Below are positions 54,598 to 63,913 of a stretch of 64,000 bases of DNA, one piece after another. Every line of letters starts with the position of its first letter. The stretch's first letter is position 1. Origin of the DNA: Clostridia bacterium (GTDB lineage: Bacteria; Bacillota; Clostridia; Christensenellales; Borkfalkiaceae). Under the pieces are notes generated by a model, which did no database searches, was not told where the DNA came from, and saw nothing but the letters and a program-made list of their open reading frames with translations. The position numbers and the translations under genes were made by a program. The stretch is from contig JAFSRT010000013.1 of NCBI GenBank assembly GCA_017445995.1, positions 545 through 64,544 on the forward strand, in the 5' to 3' direction.

Positions 54598-55956
54598 ATG
54601 CGAAAAAAAGAGATTATAAAGAACGCTTATTTTCTGGGTCTGACTATTTTTATTTCAAAAATTATCGGCGCATTATACAGAATACCCTTAACTAATCTTT
54701 TGGGAGCAAGGGGAATAGGAATATATCAGGTTATATTTCCCGTTTACTGTATAATATTAGATTTTTCAGCCGTGTCCGCCCCGAACGCCGTTGCAAAAAT
54801 AATTTCGTCTTACCGCGGGGAAGATAGGGAAGAGTTTAGCGTTGGCATCTTAAAGACAGCGTTAAGGCTTTTTTTCTTTTTAGGCATTGTTTTTTCAGTT
54901 TTGTTAGTAATATTTTCAAAAGCGATAGCCGACCTTCAAGGCGAGAAAAACGCCTATCTCGGCTATATTTTTATTGCGCCCGCTATCGTCGGTACTTCTT
55001 TAATCTGCGCTTTCCGTGGTTATTTTCAGGGGCTATCCGATTATCGTCCGACGGCTTTTTCTCAAATATCGGAACAGTTAATAAAACTCGTTTTCGGGCT
55101 GATTTTTGTTAAACTTTTTTCTTTTAACATAACGACGATGGTTGCGGGGGCAACGCTCGGCGTTTCTTTTTCTGAAATCATCACGTTTTTTATAATGTAC
55201 GCCGTCTTTAAAAAACGGAGACTCAATAACGGGGCGGATTATCGTTTTAGCAAAAACTTTTATAAGGTATGGCAAAAAGTACTTGTTAAAACAGCCATAC
55301 CTATTTCACTCGTAGGCATTGCCCTTCCGCTTTCGCATTTTATCGACAGTTTTTTGATTATCAATATTATAAATAAATACGCAGATAACGGAACGGTGCT
55401 TTTCGGGCTACTTACGGGTTCTGCAACGACGATTATAAATCTTCCCGTTTCTGTGTGCTACGGAATATCGTCCGTCGCCGTGCCGAGCGTTTCGGGCGCA
55501 AACGATGACGAAAAAGAAAAAAACGTAAAAACACTTCTCGTTTTAACCGCCGTAATATCATTTGTTTTCGCATTTTTTATATATCTGTTTTCCGACTTTG
55601 CTGTAAAAATAGTATATAGGGGACTTACCGACTATGAAAAGGCAATTACCGCAAGGCTTATTAAAATTACTTCGGTAAACGTCTTTTTCACGTCGCTTAT
55701 TCAGACGGAAAACTCTGTGCTGATAGGAAAGGGAAAACTTTATACACCGCTTTTTGTTCTATCCTTTGCGGTAATAATGAAGACAGTTCTTGAAATTATT
55801 TTAATAAATAACCCTTCGCTTAATATTTACGGGTCGGCATATAGTCTAATCACTTGCTATTTTTTCGCAAGTTTGGTAAACTTAATTATAATAAGCGGAA
55901 ACAAAAACTATGCGAATAAAAAGTATAAAAATCGGCGATTATATTGCGGAGAATAA
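54598..55956 (+). CDS. MOP-superfamily flippase (polysaccharide biosynthesis protein; YabM/SpoVB/MurJ-like)
   Basis: 452-aa polytopic protein. The N-terminal ISKIIGALYRIPLTNLLGARGIGIYQ is typical of the family. Its position after spoVT mirrors B. subtilis spoVT-yabM. Confidence 0.75.
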   Translation: MRKKEIIKNAYFLGLTIFISKIIGALYRIPLTNLLGARGIGIYQVIFPVYCIILDFSAVSAPNAVAKIISSYRGEDREEFSVGILKTALRLFFFLGIVFSVLLVIFSKAIADLQGEKNAYLGYIFIAPAIVGTSLICAFRGYFQGLSDYRPTAFSQISEQLIKLVFGLIFVKLFSFNITTMVAGATLGVSFSEIITFFIMYAVFKKRRLNNGADYRFSKNFYKVWQKVLVKTAIPISLVGIALPLSHFIDSFLIINIINKYADNGTVLFGLLTGSATTIINLPVSVCYGISSVAVPSVSGANDDEKEKNVKTLLVLTAVISFVFAFFIYLFSDFAVKIVYRGLTDYEKAITARLIKITSVNVFFTSLIQTENSVLIGKGKLYTPLFVLSFAVIMKTVLEIILINNPSLNIYGSAYSLITCYFFASLVNLIIISGNKNYANKKYKNRRLYCGE

Positions 55957-56848
55957 CGTTTTTTTAGCCCCGATGGCGGGGTATACCGATTATTCCTTCC
56001 GAAATGTCGCTTTAAAAACGGGATACGGGCTTTCTTTTACCGAACTTATAAGTGCAAAAGGCGTTTATTATAAGAATAAAGGTACGGCGTCTCTTGTATA
56101 TTCAAAAGGCAACGAAGATAAAACGGCGGTGCAGATTTTCGGTAGCGAACCATATTTTATGCGATATGCGATAGAAAGCGAAGAATTAAAAGATTTTAAA
56201 ATCGTCGATATCAATATGGGCTGTCCCGTGCCGAAAGTTTATAAAAACGGCGAAGGGTCGGCACTGCTTAAAGATATAAAAAAATCTGCCGAAATCGTTA
56301 AAGAGTGCGCAAAATCCGATAAAATAATCACGGTAAAGATAAGAACGGGGCTAAAAAAAGGGGACGATATCGCTTCCGAATTTGCTAAAATGGCGGAAGA
56401 TAACGGCGCTAAACTCATTACAATCCACGGCAGAACGAGAGACGCTTACTACTCGGGCGAACCCGATTATAAAGCGATAGAAAAGGCAAAAAACGGCGTG
56501 AAGATACCCGTTATCGCAAACGGCGGTATATTTTCTAAAAGCGACGCAGATAATATGACAGAAAGAACGGGTGCGGACGGTGTGATGATTGCAAGGGGCA
56601 GTATGTTTTCGCCTTTTATTGCCTGCGATATTTTAGGTATTGACCCGCCTTTTACAAAAAAGGAGTTTATGATAAATCATTTACTTTCTTTAATTGAAAT
56701 GCTGGGCGACAGAAAGTCGGCGGTTTATTTTCGTAAGTTCGTGCCTTATTACTTTAAGGGCGTAGACAATATTAAAGATTTAAAACTAAAACTTTTATCG
56801 TCTGAAAGCGGGGAAGAAACCCTGCGCCTAATTAACGAAAATACGTGA
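55910..56848 (+). CDS. tRNA-dihydrouridine synthase
   Basis: LAPMAGYTD, DINMGCP, a catalytic Cys-region equivalent, HGRT and IANGGI are present. It overlaps the upstream gene by 47 nt. Confidence 0.88.
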   Translation: MRIKSIKIGDYIAENNVFLAPMAGYTDYSFRNVALKTGYGLSFTELISAKGVYYKNKGTASLVYSKGNEDKTAVQIFGSEPYFMRYAIESEELKDFKIVDINMGCPVPKVYKNGEGSALLKDIKKSAEIVKECAKSDKIITVKIRTGLKKGDDIASEFAKMAEDNGAKLITIHGRTRDAYYSGEPDYKAIEKAKNGVKIPVIANGGIFSKSDADNMTERTGADGVMIARGSMFSPFIACDILGIDPPFTKKEFMINHLLSLIEMLGDRKSAVYFRKFVPYYFKGVDNIKDLKLKLLSSESGEETLRLINENT

Positions 56849-56897
56849 ACATTTATATTCGCTTTCAAATACAATAATAGTAGTGTTTGGGGTGAAA

Positions 56898-57569
56898 ATG
56901 GAAATCTGCTTTGTTAAAAATCGGTCTTTATATAATTTTTGGAACGAAAGTCTTGAAGAAGCCGTAGGGAAAGACGTTTTGGTTTTCGGCGCGAAAGGAC
57001 TTGGGTTAATAAGTTATAAAAAGGAACTCGAAGCGGAAACGGAGTATTTTCAGGACGTTGCGAAGTTGTCTAAACAACTAAAAAACGTTATAGTGTCCGG
57101 TTGTGATACCGATACTTACGGGGTTTACCGCCACTCGGTAGTCGTTGCCGATTGCGGAAGAGTTTTAGGCGTCAGCGATATGTGCCACGTTTTAGACGAG
57201 TCGGAGTTTGTATCGGGCGGTAATTACAGGGTTTACGATACGAGTAAGGGAAGAATAGGAATAATAGTCGGCGACGACCTGTATTTTTTCGAATCGAGCA
57301 GAGTATTGTCTCTCTGCGACGCGGACTATATTTTTTGTATCATAAAAAAGACCACCAACGCAATCGCACAAATTATGCAACGGGCGTGTTCGTTTTCTAA
57401 CGGCGTATCGATTTCGTTACTTACCGAAAATTATGTTTCCGTTGCCGATATCCGCGGGAACGTCTGTTTTTTTTCGAGTAAAGATATTTCGTCCTATAAA
57501 CTTAAAATCGAAAAGGAATATAGGCAGATAACGGCGAGAAGAAAGGGCATTACCGACGAAATAATATAA
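56898..57569 (+). CDS. Hypothetical protein with weak resemblance to carbon-nitrogen hydrolases (nucleophile Cys apparently absent)
   Basis: ATG 56898 with a GGGGTGA RBS. RIGIIVGDDLYFFE resembles the nitrilase-superfamily G-x-x-I-C-Y/F-D segment but has Gly in place of Cys. Confidence 0.45.
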   Translation: MEICFVKNRSLYNFWNESLEEAVGKDVLVFGAKGLGLISYKKELEAETEYFQDVAKLSKQLKNVIVSGCDTDTYGVYRHSVVVADCGRVLGVSDMCHVLDESEFVSGGNYRVYDTSKGRIGIIVGDDLYFFESSRVLSLCDADYIFCIIKKTTNAIAQIMQRACSFSNGVSISLLTENYVSVADIRGNVCFFSSKDISSYKLKIEKEYRQITARRKGITDEII

Positions 57570-57603
57570 AAACAGAAAAAACGTATAAAAAGAAGGATAC
57601 ATT

Positions 57604-58095
57604 ATGGCTTTTAACGTAGTATTAGTAGAGCCCGAAATACCGCAGAACGCGGGCAATATTGCGAGAACTTGCGCGGTTACGGGTTGTAAATTACATATGG
57701 TACGCCCGCTGGGGTTTGAAGTTTCGGACAAGTACTTAAAAAGAGCGGGTCTCGATTACTGGGACAAGGTGGAAATATACTATTACGACAGTATCGAAGA
57801 AGTTATGGACAAGTTCTATAACGGGCATAATTTCTGGTTTTATTCGACGAAGGCAAAGATAATTCACTCTGAAGCACAATATAAAGACGGAGATTTTTTG
57901 GTTTTCGGGAAGGAAACGAAAGGACTACCCGAAACCTTGCTTAAAAAGCATTATAAAGAGTGCGTTCGTATCCCTATGTGGGGCGAATTACGTTCACTAA
58001 ACCTTTCTAATTCCGTATGCGTCGGCGTATACGAAGGGTTAAGGCAGTTAGGTTATCCCGATTTTAAGACGGAAGGGGAAATCCCGAAAAGATAA
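57604..58095 (+). CDS. trmL: tRNA (cytidine/uridine(34)-2'-O)-methyltransferase TrmL (SpoU/TrmH family)
   Basis: 163 aa. VVLVEPEIPQNAGNIARTCAVTGCKLHMVRPLGF, GKETKGLP and NLSNSV are present. Confidence 0.88.
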   Translation: MAFNVVLVEPEIPQNAGNIARTCAVTGCKLHMVRPLGFEVSDKYLKRAGLDYWDKVEIYYYDSIEEVMDKFYNGHNFWFYSTKAKIIHSEAQYKDGDFLVFGKETKGLPETLLKKHYKECVRIPMWGELRSLNLSNSVCVGVYEGLRQLGYPDFKTEGEIPKR

Positions 58096-58120
58096 AAAAC
58101 GTCATTTAAGCGTTATTTAA

Positions 58121-58150
58121 TTGACTTAAAAGGTTAAAACATAGTATTAT
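58121..58150 (+). promoter_or_regulatory. Sigma-A type promoter candidate
   Basis: TTGACT, an 18-nt spacer, then TATTAT. Confidence 0.4.
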
Positions 58151-58183
58151 AAAAATATAAACGGTATTACAAAGGAATATTTT

Positions 58184-59848
58184 ATGGGTGCATCTTTATG
58201 GTCTAATATTTTTTTCATGTTAGGCGGGGTCGCAGTTCTGATGTTCGGAATGAAGATTATGGGGTCTAATCTCGAACAAGTGGCAGGCAACAACATGAAA
58301 GCCCTTATGGGTAAAATGACTAACAACAGGTTCGCAGGCGTTGGTGTCGGCGCACTCGTTACCGCTATTATCAACAGTTCCACCGCGACGACGGTTATGC
58401 TTGTCGGGTTCGTGAACGTCGGACTAATGACGCTGACTCAGGCGACGTCGGTTATCATGGGTGCTAATATCGGGACGACGATAACGGCGCTTATTCTCGC
58501 GTTTACCGGTTCGGGGTTCGAAATCGAAGCGGTTGCCGCCCTTATCTGTGCAATCGGTATTTCTATAACTATTATATTTAAGAAAGATAAGTTCGTTAAA
58601 ATCGGCAATATTTTAGTCGGTATCGGGCTTATATTTATAGGGCTTAAAATATTAAGTTTATCCGTTCGCGGAATAATTTACGACGACTTTAAAGAGAAGA
58701 CCTTAAAACCTGTTTTCAACAGGATTTTCCAAGGCGAAATATTCCCGCTCGTTCTCGTTATTATCGGGCTTATATTAACCGCGTTAGTTCACAGTTCCGC
58801 GGCTATAACGGGTATTTTGATTGCACTCGGTTCGGCGCTTAAATTCGAAAGCGCAATGTTTATTATTCTCGGTTCAAATATAGGGACTTGCGTAACGTCT
58901 CTCGTTTCTTCGATAGGCACAAACACCAACGCGAAAAGGACGGCGGTTATTCACTTACTCTTTAACCTTTTCGGGTGTATTATCTGTATCGTTCCCGTTT
59001 GGATTTTCGGCAAAACTTTCGCCGACTTTATGATAAAGGCTATTCCTTCCCCTGAATGGAGAATAGCGCTTTTCCACTTGGGCTTTAACCTTATAACCAC
59101 GATAATTTTAATGCCGTTTATAAAACCACTCGTTTTATTAGCGTCTAAAATCGTTCCGGAAAGTAAGAAAAGTGAAGAAAAACACAAACTTACCTTTATC
59201 GATACCCGTCTTTTGGAAACACCGCCTATCGCGGTATCTAACACCAAAAAGGAAATACTTAAAATGTCCGATATCGCAAAAGAAAACTTTTCTCTTGCCA
59301 TGTCGATGCTATTAGATAGCGAAATAGACGAAACGGAACTCTTTAAGGAAAATGAGGACGCGCTTAATTTCTTAAATAAAAGTATTACCGAGTTTTTAAC
59401 GAAGATTATGGGTAAATCCATTTCCGATTACGACGAAAAGAGATTAGGAACTTATTTCCACGTCGTATCCGACCTTGAAAGGATAGGCGACTATTCGGAA
59501 AATATCGTTGAGTACAGCGAGAAACTACGCGAACTAAAAGCTGAGTTTTCCGACGACGCGAAATACGAATTAGTTGCCGTTAAAGACCTTATAAATAAAC
59601 TTTTCGAAAAGGGCGTTGAAACTTTCAGAAGAGTGGACAAGTCTTTATTTGCAGAAGTTGACGAAATAGAACAGCAGATAGACGACTCGGCGTTAGAACT
59701 TGAAAACAGGCATATCGAAAGGCTTAAAACGGGTCAATGTTCGCCGGAAATCGGGTCGATTTATTTACAGACGGTATCCGACCTTGAAAGGATAGGCGAT
59801 CACATCACGAACGTTTCATACAGCATCAAAAATTACCGCCACCGTTAA
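58184..59848 (+). CDS. Na/Pi cotransporter family protein with a C-terminal PhoU-like domain
   Basis: Duplicated NptA-type membrane repeats are present (NSSTATTVM, HSSAAITGI). The C-terminus has two PhoU-like segments with DLERIGD. Confidence 0.88.
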   Translation: MGASLWSNIFFMLGGVAVLMFGMKIMGSNLEQVAGNNMKALMGKMTNNRFAGVGVGALVTAIINSSTATTVMLVGFVNVGLMTLTQATSVIMGANIGTTITALILAFTGSGFEIEAVAALICAIGISITIIFKKDKFVKIGNILVGIGLIFIGLKILSLSVRGIIYDDFKEKTLKPVFNRIFQGEIFPLVLVIIGLILTALVHSSAAITGILIALGSALKFESAMFIILGSNIGTCVTSLVSSIGTNTNAKRTAVIHLLFNLFGCIICIVPVWIFGKTFADFMIKAIPSPEWRIALFHLGFNLITTIILMPFIKPLVLLASKIVPESKKSEEKHKLTFIDTRLLETPPIAVSNTKKEILKMSDIAKENFSLAMSMLLDSEIDETELFKENEDALNFLNKSITEFLTKIMGKSISDYDEKRLGTYFHVVSDLERIGDYSENIVEYSEKLRELKAEFSDDAKYELVAVKDLINKLFEKGVETFRRVDKSLFAEVDEIEQQIDDSALELENRHIERLKTGQCSPEIGSIYLQTVSDLERIGDHITNVSYSIKNYRHR

Positions 59849-59928
59849 TTTTTAACAATAAATGATATATTTTTATAAATATTGTTAAAACAGGGGCAAA
59901 AAGTTTTGAAAAAGATTATATAATAGCG

Positions 59929-59970
59929 CGCTTATTGTTAAAATAGATTGACAATAAGCGTTTATTTTTT
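59929..59970 (+). terminator. Terminator-like hairpin plus T-run downstream of the Na/Pi gene, overlapping the pgk promoter
   Basis: 10-bp stem CGCTTATTGT (59929-59938) paired with ACAATAAGCG (59951-59960), then TTTATTTTTTT. Confidence 0.5.
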
Positions 59971-59976
59971 TATAAT
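59948..59976 (+). promoter_or_regulatory. Consensus sigma-A promoter for pgk-tpiA
   Basis: TTGACA (59948-59953), a 17-nt spacer, then TATAAT (59971-59976). Confidence 0.6.
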
Positions 59977-60012
59977 ATAATCAAATATAAAAGATTGATT
60001 AAGGAGTTTTTT

Positions 60013-61326
60013 ATGAACAAGAAATCAATAAAAGATGTAAACGTAAAAGGCAAAAAATGTTTAGTCAGAGTTGACTTCAACGTTCCTATGAAGGACGGGG
60101 TTATAACAGACGAAACGCGTATTAACGGCGCACTTCCGACTATTAAATATTTAATAAACGAAGGCGCGAAAGTTATTCTTTGTTCGCATATGGGCAAACC
60201 GCACAACGTTCTTACCGAAGGTTGGGGCTTAAACAAGAAAGAAAAAGCCAAACTCGAAGCGTTGCCTGAAAACGAAAGAGAAAGCGCGAAAGCCGAAATG
60301 ATGGCAAAAGCGGCTAAAGATAAAACTAAACTTTCTTTAAAGCCGGTTGCGGATAAACTCGCTGAAAAGTTGGGTCAGAAAGTTACCTTCGCTACCGACG
60401 TAGTAGGTGCTTCTGCCGACGAAGCGGTTAAAAACGTTAAAGACGGCGAAGTAGTTTTACTTGAAAACACCCGTTTTGAAGCAGGCGAAGAAAAGAGAGA
60501 CGAAAATCTTTGCAAAAAACTCGCTTCTTACTGCGATATTTACGTAAACGACGCGTTCGGTACGGCGCACCGCTCGCACGCGACGACTGCCGCTATCGTT
60601 GAATACGGTTTCGTTAAAACTGCTGTTTGCGGTTTCTTAATCGAAAAAGAACTTTCCGTTATGGCAGACTCGTTAGAACATCCGATCAGACCTTTCGTTG
60701 CCGTTTTAGGCGGTGCTAAAGTTTCCGATAAATTAAACGTTATTTCTAACCTTTTGGAAAAATGCGACACTTTAATTGTCGGCGGTGGTATGGCATACAC
60801 CTTCTTAAAAGCAAAGGGTTATGAAGTAGGTCAATCGCTTGTTGATAACGAAAAAATCGATTACTGCAAAGAAATGATTGATAAAGCGGAAAAATTAAAT
60901 AAAAAATTATTGTTGCCGATAGACGCTGTTTGCACTAAATCTTTCCCTGATCCTATCGATGCGCCTGTTGAAATCAAAACGTTCGGCGTAGATAATATTC
61001 CTGCCGACGAAATGGGGCTCGATATCGGCGAAAAGACGAGAGAACTTTTTGCAGACACCCTTAAAAACGCTAAAACGATTATCTGGAACGGACCTATGGG
61101 CGTTTTTGAAAACCCGATTTTAGCAAAAGGCACTATTGCCGTTGCAAAAGCGCTTGCTGATGCCGACGCAACGACTATTATTGGCGGTGGTGATTCTGCC
61201 GCTGCCGTAACTCAACTTGGATTTGCCGATAAAATGACGCATATCTCGACGGGTGGCGGTGCGTCATTAGAATTATTCGAAGGTAAAAAATTACCGGGAA
61301 TTGAATGCTTAAACGATAAAAATTAA
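60013..61326 (+). CDS. pgk: Phosphoglycerate kinase (with a ~35-40-aa insertion after the N-terminal SHMGKP motif)
   Basis: ATG 60013 with AAGGAG upstream. [26 protein letters not shown] and GGGDSAAA are present. Length is 438 aa versus about 395-400 typically. Confidence 0.93.
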   Translation: MNKKSIKDVNVKGKKCLVRVDFNVPMKDGVITDETRINGALPTIKYLINEGAKVILCSHMGKPHNVLTEGWGLNKKEKAKLEALPENERESAKAEMMAKAAKDKTKLSLKPVADKLAEKLGQKVTFATDVVGASADEAVKNVKDGEVVLLENTRFEAGEEKRDENLCKKLASYCDIYVNDAFGTAHRSHATTAAIVEYGFVKTAVCGFLIEKELSVMADSLEHPIRPFVAVLGGAKVSDKLNVISNLLEKCDTLIVGGGMAYTFLKAKGYEVGQSLVDNEKIDYCKEMIDKAEKLNKKLLLPIDAVCTKSFPDPIDAPVEIKTFGVDNIPADEMGLDIGEKTRELFADTLKNAKTIIWNGPMGVFENPILAKGTIAVAKALADADATTIIGGGDSAAAVTQLGFADKMTHISTGGGASLELFEGKKLPGIECLNDKN

Positions 61327-61343
61327 AAAAAGGAAAATAAATT

Positions 61344-62096
61344 ATGAGAAAACCTATTATTGCTGGAAACTGGAAAATGAACAAAACCGCCGCTGAAGCG
61401 GAAGCACTTATAAGCGAACTTATTCCGCTTGTAAAAAAATCTAAACCGGAAGTAGTTATCTGCGTACCGTACACCGACCTTTGGGTTGCTAAAAAAGCAA
61501 TCGAAGGCAGTAAAATCAAACTCGGTGCAGAAAACGTTTCTTGGGCAGACAGCGGTGCGTTCACGGGTGAAATATCCGCCGATATGTTAAAAGAAATCGG
61601 CGTTGAATACGTTATTATCGGACACAGCGAACGTCGTCAATACTTCGGCGAAACCGACGAAAGCGTAAACAAGAGAACCAAACAGGCTTTAATTAAAGGA
61701 TTAAAACCGATAGTATGCGTAGGTGAAACTTTAACCGAAAGAGAAAAGAATAAGACGAAAAAGGTATTAAAGAAACAGGTGTTAGAAGGATTTAAAGATA
61801 TTACTGCGGAAGACTTCGCTAATATCGTTATCGCTTACGAACCTGTATGGGCAATCGGCACGGGCAAAACGGCAACTGCTGAAGACGCAAATAAGACGAT
61901 AGGTTATATTAGAAGTCTCGTTCGTAAAACTTGGGGCGGAGACGTGGCGAAAGCGCTTCGTATTCAGTACGGCGGAAGTATGAAACCTTCTAACGCTAAA
62001 GAACTTATGGCTGAAAAGAATATCGACGGCGGACTTATCGGCGGTGCTTCGTTAAAGGCAAACGATTTTGCCGCTATCGTAAACTATAAGGACTAA
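61344..62096 (+). CDS. tpiA: Triosephosphate isomerase
   Basis: IIAGNWKMN, IIGHSERR, AYEPVWAIGTG and YGGS are present. Confidence 0.95.
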   Translation: MRKPIIAGNWKMNKTAAEAEALISELIPLVKKSKPEVVICVPYTDLWVAKKAIEGSKIKLGAENVSWADSGAFTGEISADMLKEIGVEYVIIGHSERRQYFGETDESVNKRTKQALIKGLKPIVCVGETLTEREKNKTKKVLKKQVLEGFKDITAEDFANIVIAYEPVWAIGTGKTATAEDANKTIGYIRSLVRKTWGGDVAKALRIQYGGSMKPSNAKELMAEKNIDGGLIGGASLKANDFAAIVNYKD

Positions 62097-62119
62097 TTAA
62101 ATAATTTAACTGTAAAGAT

Positions 62120-62151
62120 AAGTCGCCCGAAGATCTTTCTTCGGGCGACTT
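62120..62151. terminator. Stable GC-rich hairpin after tpiA (no clear U-run)
   Basis: 13-bp stem aagtcgcccgaag / cttcgggcgactt. Confidence 0.55.
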
Positions 62152-62155
62152 AATA

Positions 62156-62190
62156 AATAAAAAACGGCACTTTTTGTGCCGTTATATTTT
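62156..62190. terminator. Bidirectional terminator between tpiA and convergent hpt
   Basis: Hairpin aacggcac / gtgccgtt with an A-run before and a T-rich tail after. Confidence 0.7.
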
Positions 62191-62200
62191 TAATTTGAAA

Positions 62201-62740
62201 TTAAAGTTTCGATTTTGCTTCTTCTTCCGAATCTACGACGGCAAGGGAAGGTAGTTCCCTGAACCTTTCTGCGTAATCCAGCCCGTATCCTATAACGAAC
62301 TTGTCGCCAAGGGTAAAGCCCGTGTAATCTACGTCGACCTGAGTTTTGCGTTTTTCGGGTTTATCTAACAGCGCGCAAATTTTAACGGACGCAGGATTTT
62401 GTTTTAATAAAATATCTTTGAAAAAAGCAAGGGTTTTTCCGCTGTCTACAACGTCTTCGACTATTAAAACGTCTTTTCCGGCGATATCGGTTTTTATCGT
62501 GTCGATAATTTCGATTTCGCCACTCGTTACGCCGTTTTTATAACTCGATAATCTTGCAAACTCGATTGTAATCGGTAAATCTAACTGTCTTATTAAATCG
62601 GAAAAGAACAAAATCGCGCCCTTTAACATACAAACGATTATCGGTTTTTTGCCTTGATAGTCTTTCGTAATCTGCGCGCCGAGTTCACGTACACGGCGAC
62701 TTATGTCTTCTTCCGATAAAACAATTTTAAAATCCTGCAT
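62201..62740 (-). CDS. hpt: Hypoxanthine phosphoribosyltransferase
   Basis: 179 aa with the PRPP-binding motif VLIVEDVVDSGKT and a typical Hpt N-terminus. Confidence 0.92.
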   Translation of the reverse strand: MQDFKIVLSEEDISRRVRELGAQITKDYQGKKPIIVCMLKGAILFFSDLIRQLDLPITIEFARLSSYKNGVTSGEIEIIDTIKTDIAGKDVLIVEDVVDSGKTLAFFKDILLKQNPASVKICALLDKPEKRKTQVDVDYTGFTLGDKFVIGYGLDYAERFRELPSLAVVDSEEEAKSKL

Positions 62741-62869
62741 AATTTTTCCTTTAGTACGTTAATTTTATAATATTATTTTACCAAATTAGAAAAAAATTAT
62801 CAACTGTTTTAATTAAAAAATAAACCGAAAAAGCATTATTTTTCATAACTTTATAAAATTGTTTTTTGC

Positions 62870-62898
62870 TTGACATGTATATAAAAAAAGTATACAAT
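62870..62898 (+). promoter_or_regulatory. Sigma-A promoter
   Basis: TTGACA, a 17-nt spacer, then TACAAT. Confidence 0.55.
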
Positions 62899-62934
62899 AA
62901 TGAAAAAAAAGAAATATTTATAATCGGCGATTGT

Positions 62935-63873
62935 ATGAAAAGAATTTCGATATCTGTCTTATCAATAATATTATGTCTAATTTACGCGTTTTCTTTTACC
63001 TTTCTTTTTGCGTGTAAAAAAGAAGAACCAAAAGACGATACGCACACGCACCTTTATTTAAAAACCGAAGTGGAAGCGACTTGTCAGTCGCAAGGCTACA
63101 CGATTTACAGGTGTTCCGTTTGCGGTAAGACTTTTAAAGGCGATTATAACGGGCCGGTCGACCATACGATAGGCGGCGACACCTGTTTATGGTGTTCGGT
63201 AAACTATTTTAAGTCGTTTACCGACTGGATTATTGAGAACTATACGCGTAAAACGGAAATAAAGGAAGAAAACTTTAAGGGCGATTACAGTTTGCTTACC
63301 GGCAACGATAAATATTATTTTTATTACGACTTACAAAGGGGCGATAAAGAAGCAAACGTTAAAAGCGCGCTTATAAGGTACACGCCGTATACGGGGAAAA
63401 TCGACCTTGCAATAAGATTTCAGCACGAGATTGAAGATAAGTATCAGGGCGAAGTATTTATCACGGTAATAAGAATACAGCATTTTTTGGTTGAATACTA
63501 CTGGCAGATTACTTTGCAAACGCAGGAGACAAATGGCGAAAATATCGCGGGGGCGGACTTTGAAGACGAAAATTTCGTAGGTTTAATCGGGCATCTTAAC
63601 GGCAATTTTTTCAGTAGAGACTTGCCGAAAATCGACGTCGATAAATATTCCGACGATTTTTACGCCGAAACTTTCGAAGTTCAGAACCATATCGCAAGAA
63701 GCGCGATAAACAATATGGACGAACTTATTGTGATTTTTAGAAACTTTCTTATCGAAAAGCAGATAGAAATTGAAGGATACGAAGGTCATTATTTATCGCT
63801 TAAACACTTTAACCTTAATAAAATAGAAGAACGGGAAAGCGCGATAAAAACCGACGTATCGGGTGAAGAATAA
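62935..63873 (+). CDS. Hypothetical probable lipoprotein with an N-terminal Cys-rich (zinc-ribbon-like) segment
   Basis: ATG 62935. The signal peptide MKRISISVLSIILCLIYAFSFTFLFAC has a lipobox-like LFAC. Then come CQSQGYTIYRCSVCGKTF...H...CLWC. The remainder is unrecognised. Confidence 0.6.
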   Translation: MKRISISVLSIILCLIYAFSFTFLFACKKEEPKDDTHTHLYLKTEVEATCQSQGYTIYRCSVCGKTFKGDYNGPVDHTIGGDTCLWCSVNYFKSFTDWIIENYTRKTEIKEENFKGDYSLLTGNDKYYFYYDLQRGDKEANVKSALIRYTPYTGKIDLAIRFQHEIEDKYQGEVFITVIRIQHFLVEYYWQITLQTQETNGENIAGADFEDENFVGLIGHLNGNFFSRDLPKIDVDKYSDDFYAETFEVQNHIARSAINNMDELIVIFRNFLIEKQIEIEGYEGHYLSLKHFNLNKIEERESAIKTDVSGEE

Positions 63874-63879
63874 AAAGAA

Positions 63880-63911
63880 AAAACGGATTAGCAAAAACTA
63901 ATCCGTTTTTT
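63880..63911. terminator. Bidirectional terminator
   Basis: Hairpin aacggattag / ctaatccgtt with an A-run before and a T-run after. Confidence 0.8.
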
Positions 63912-63913
63912 AG

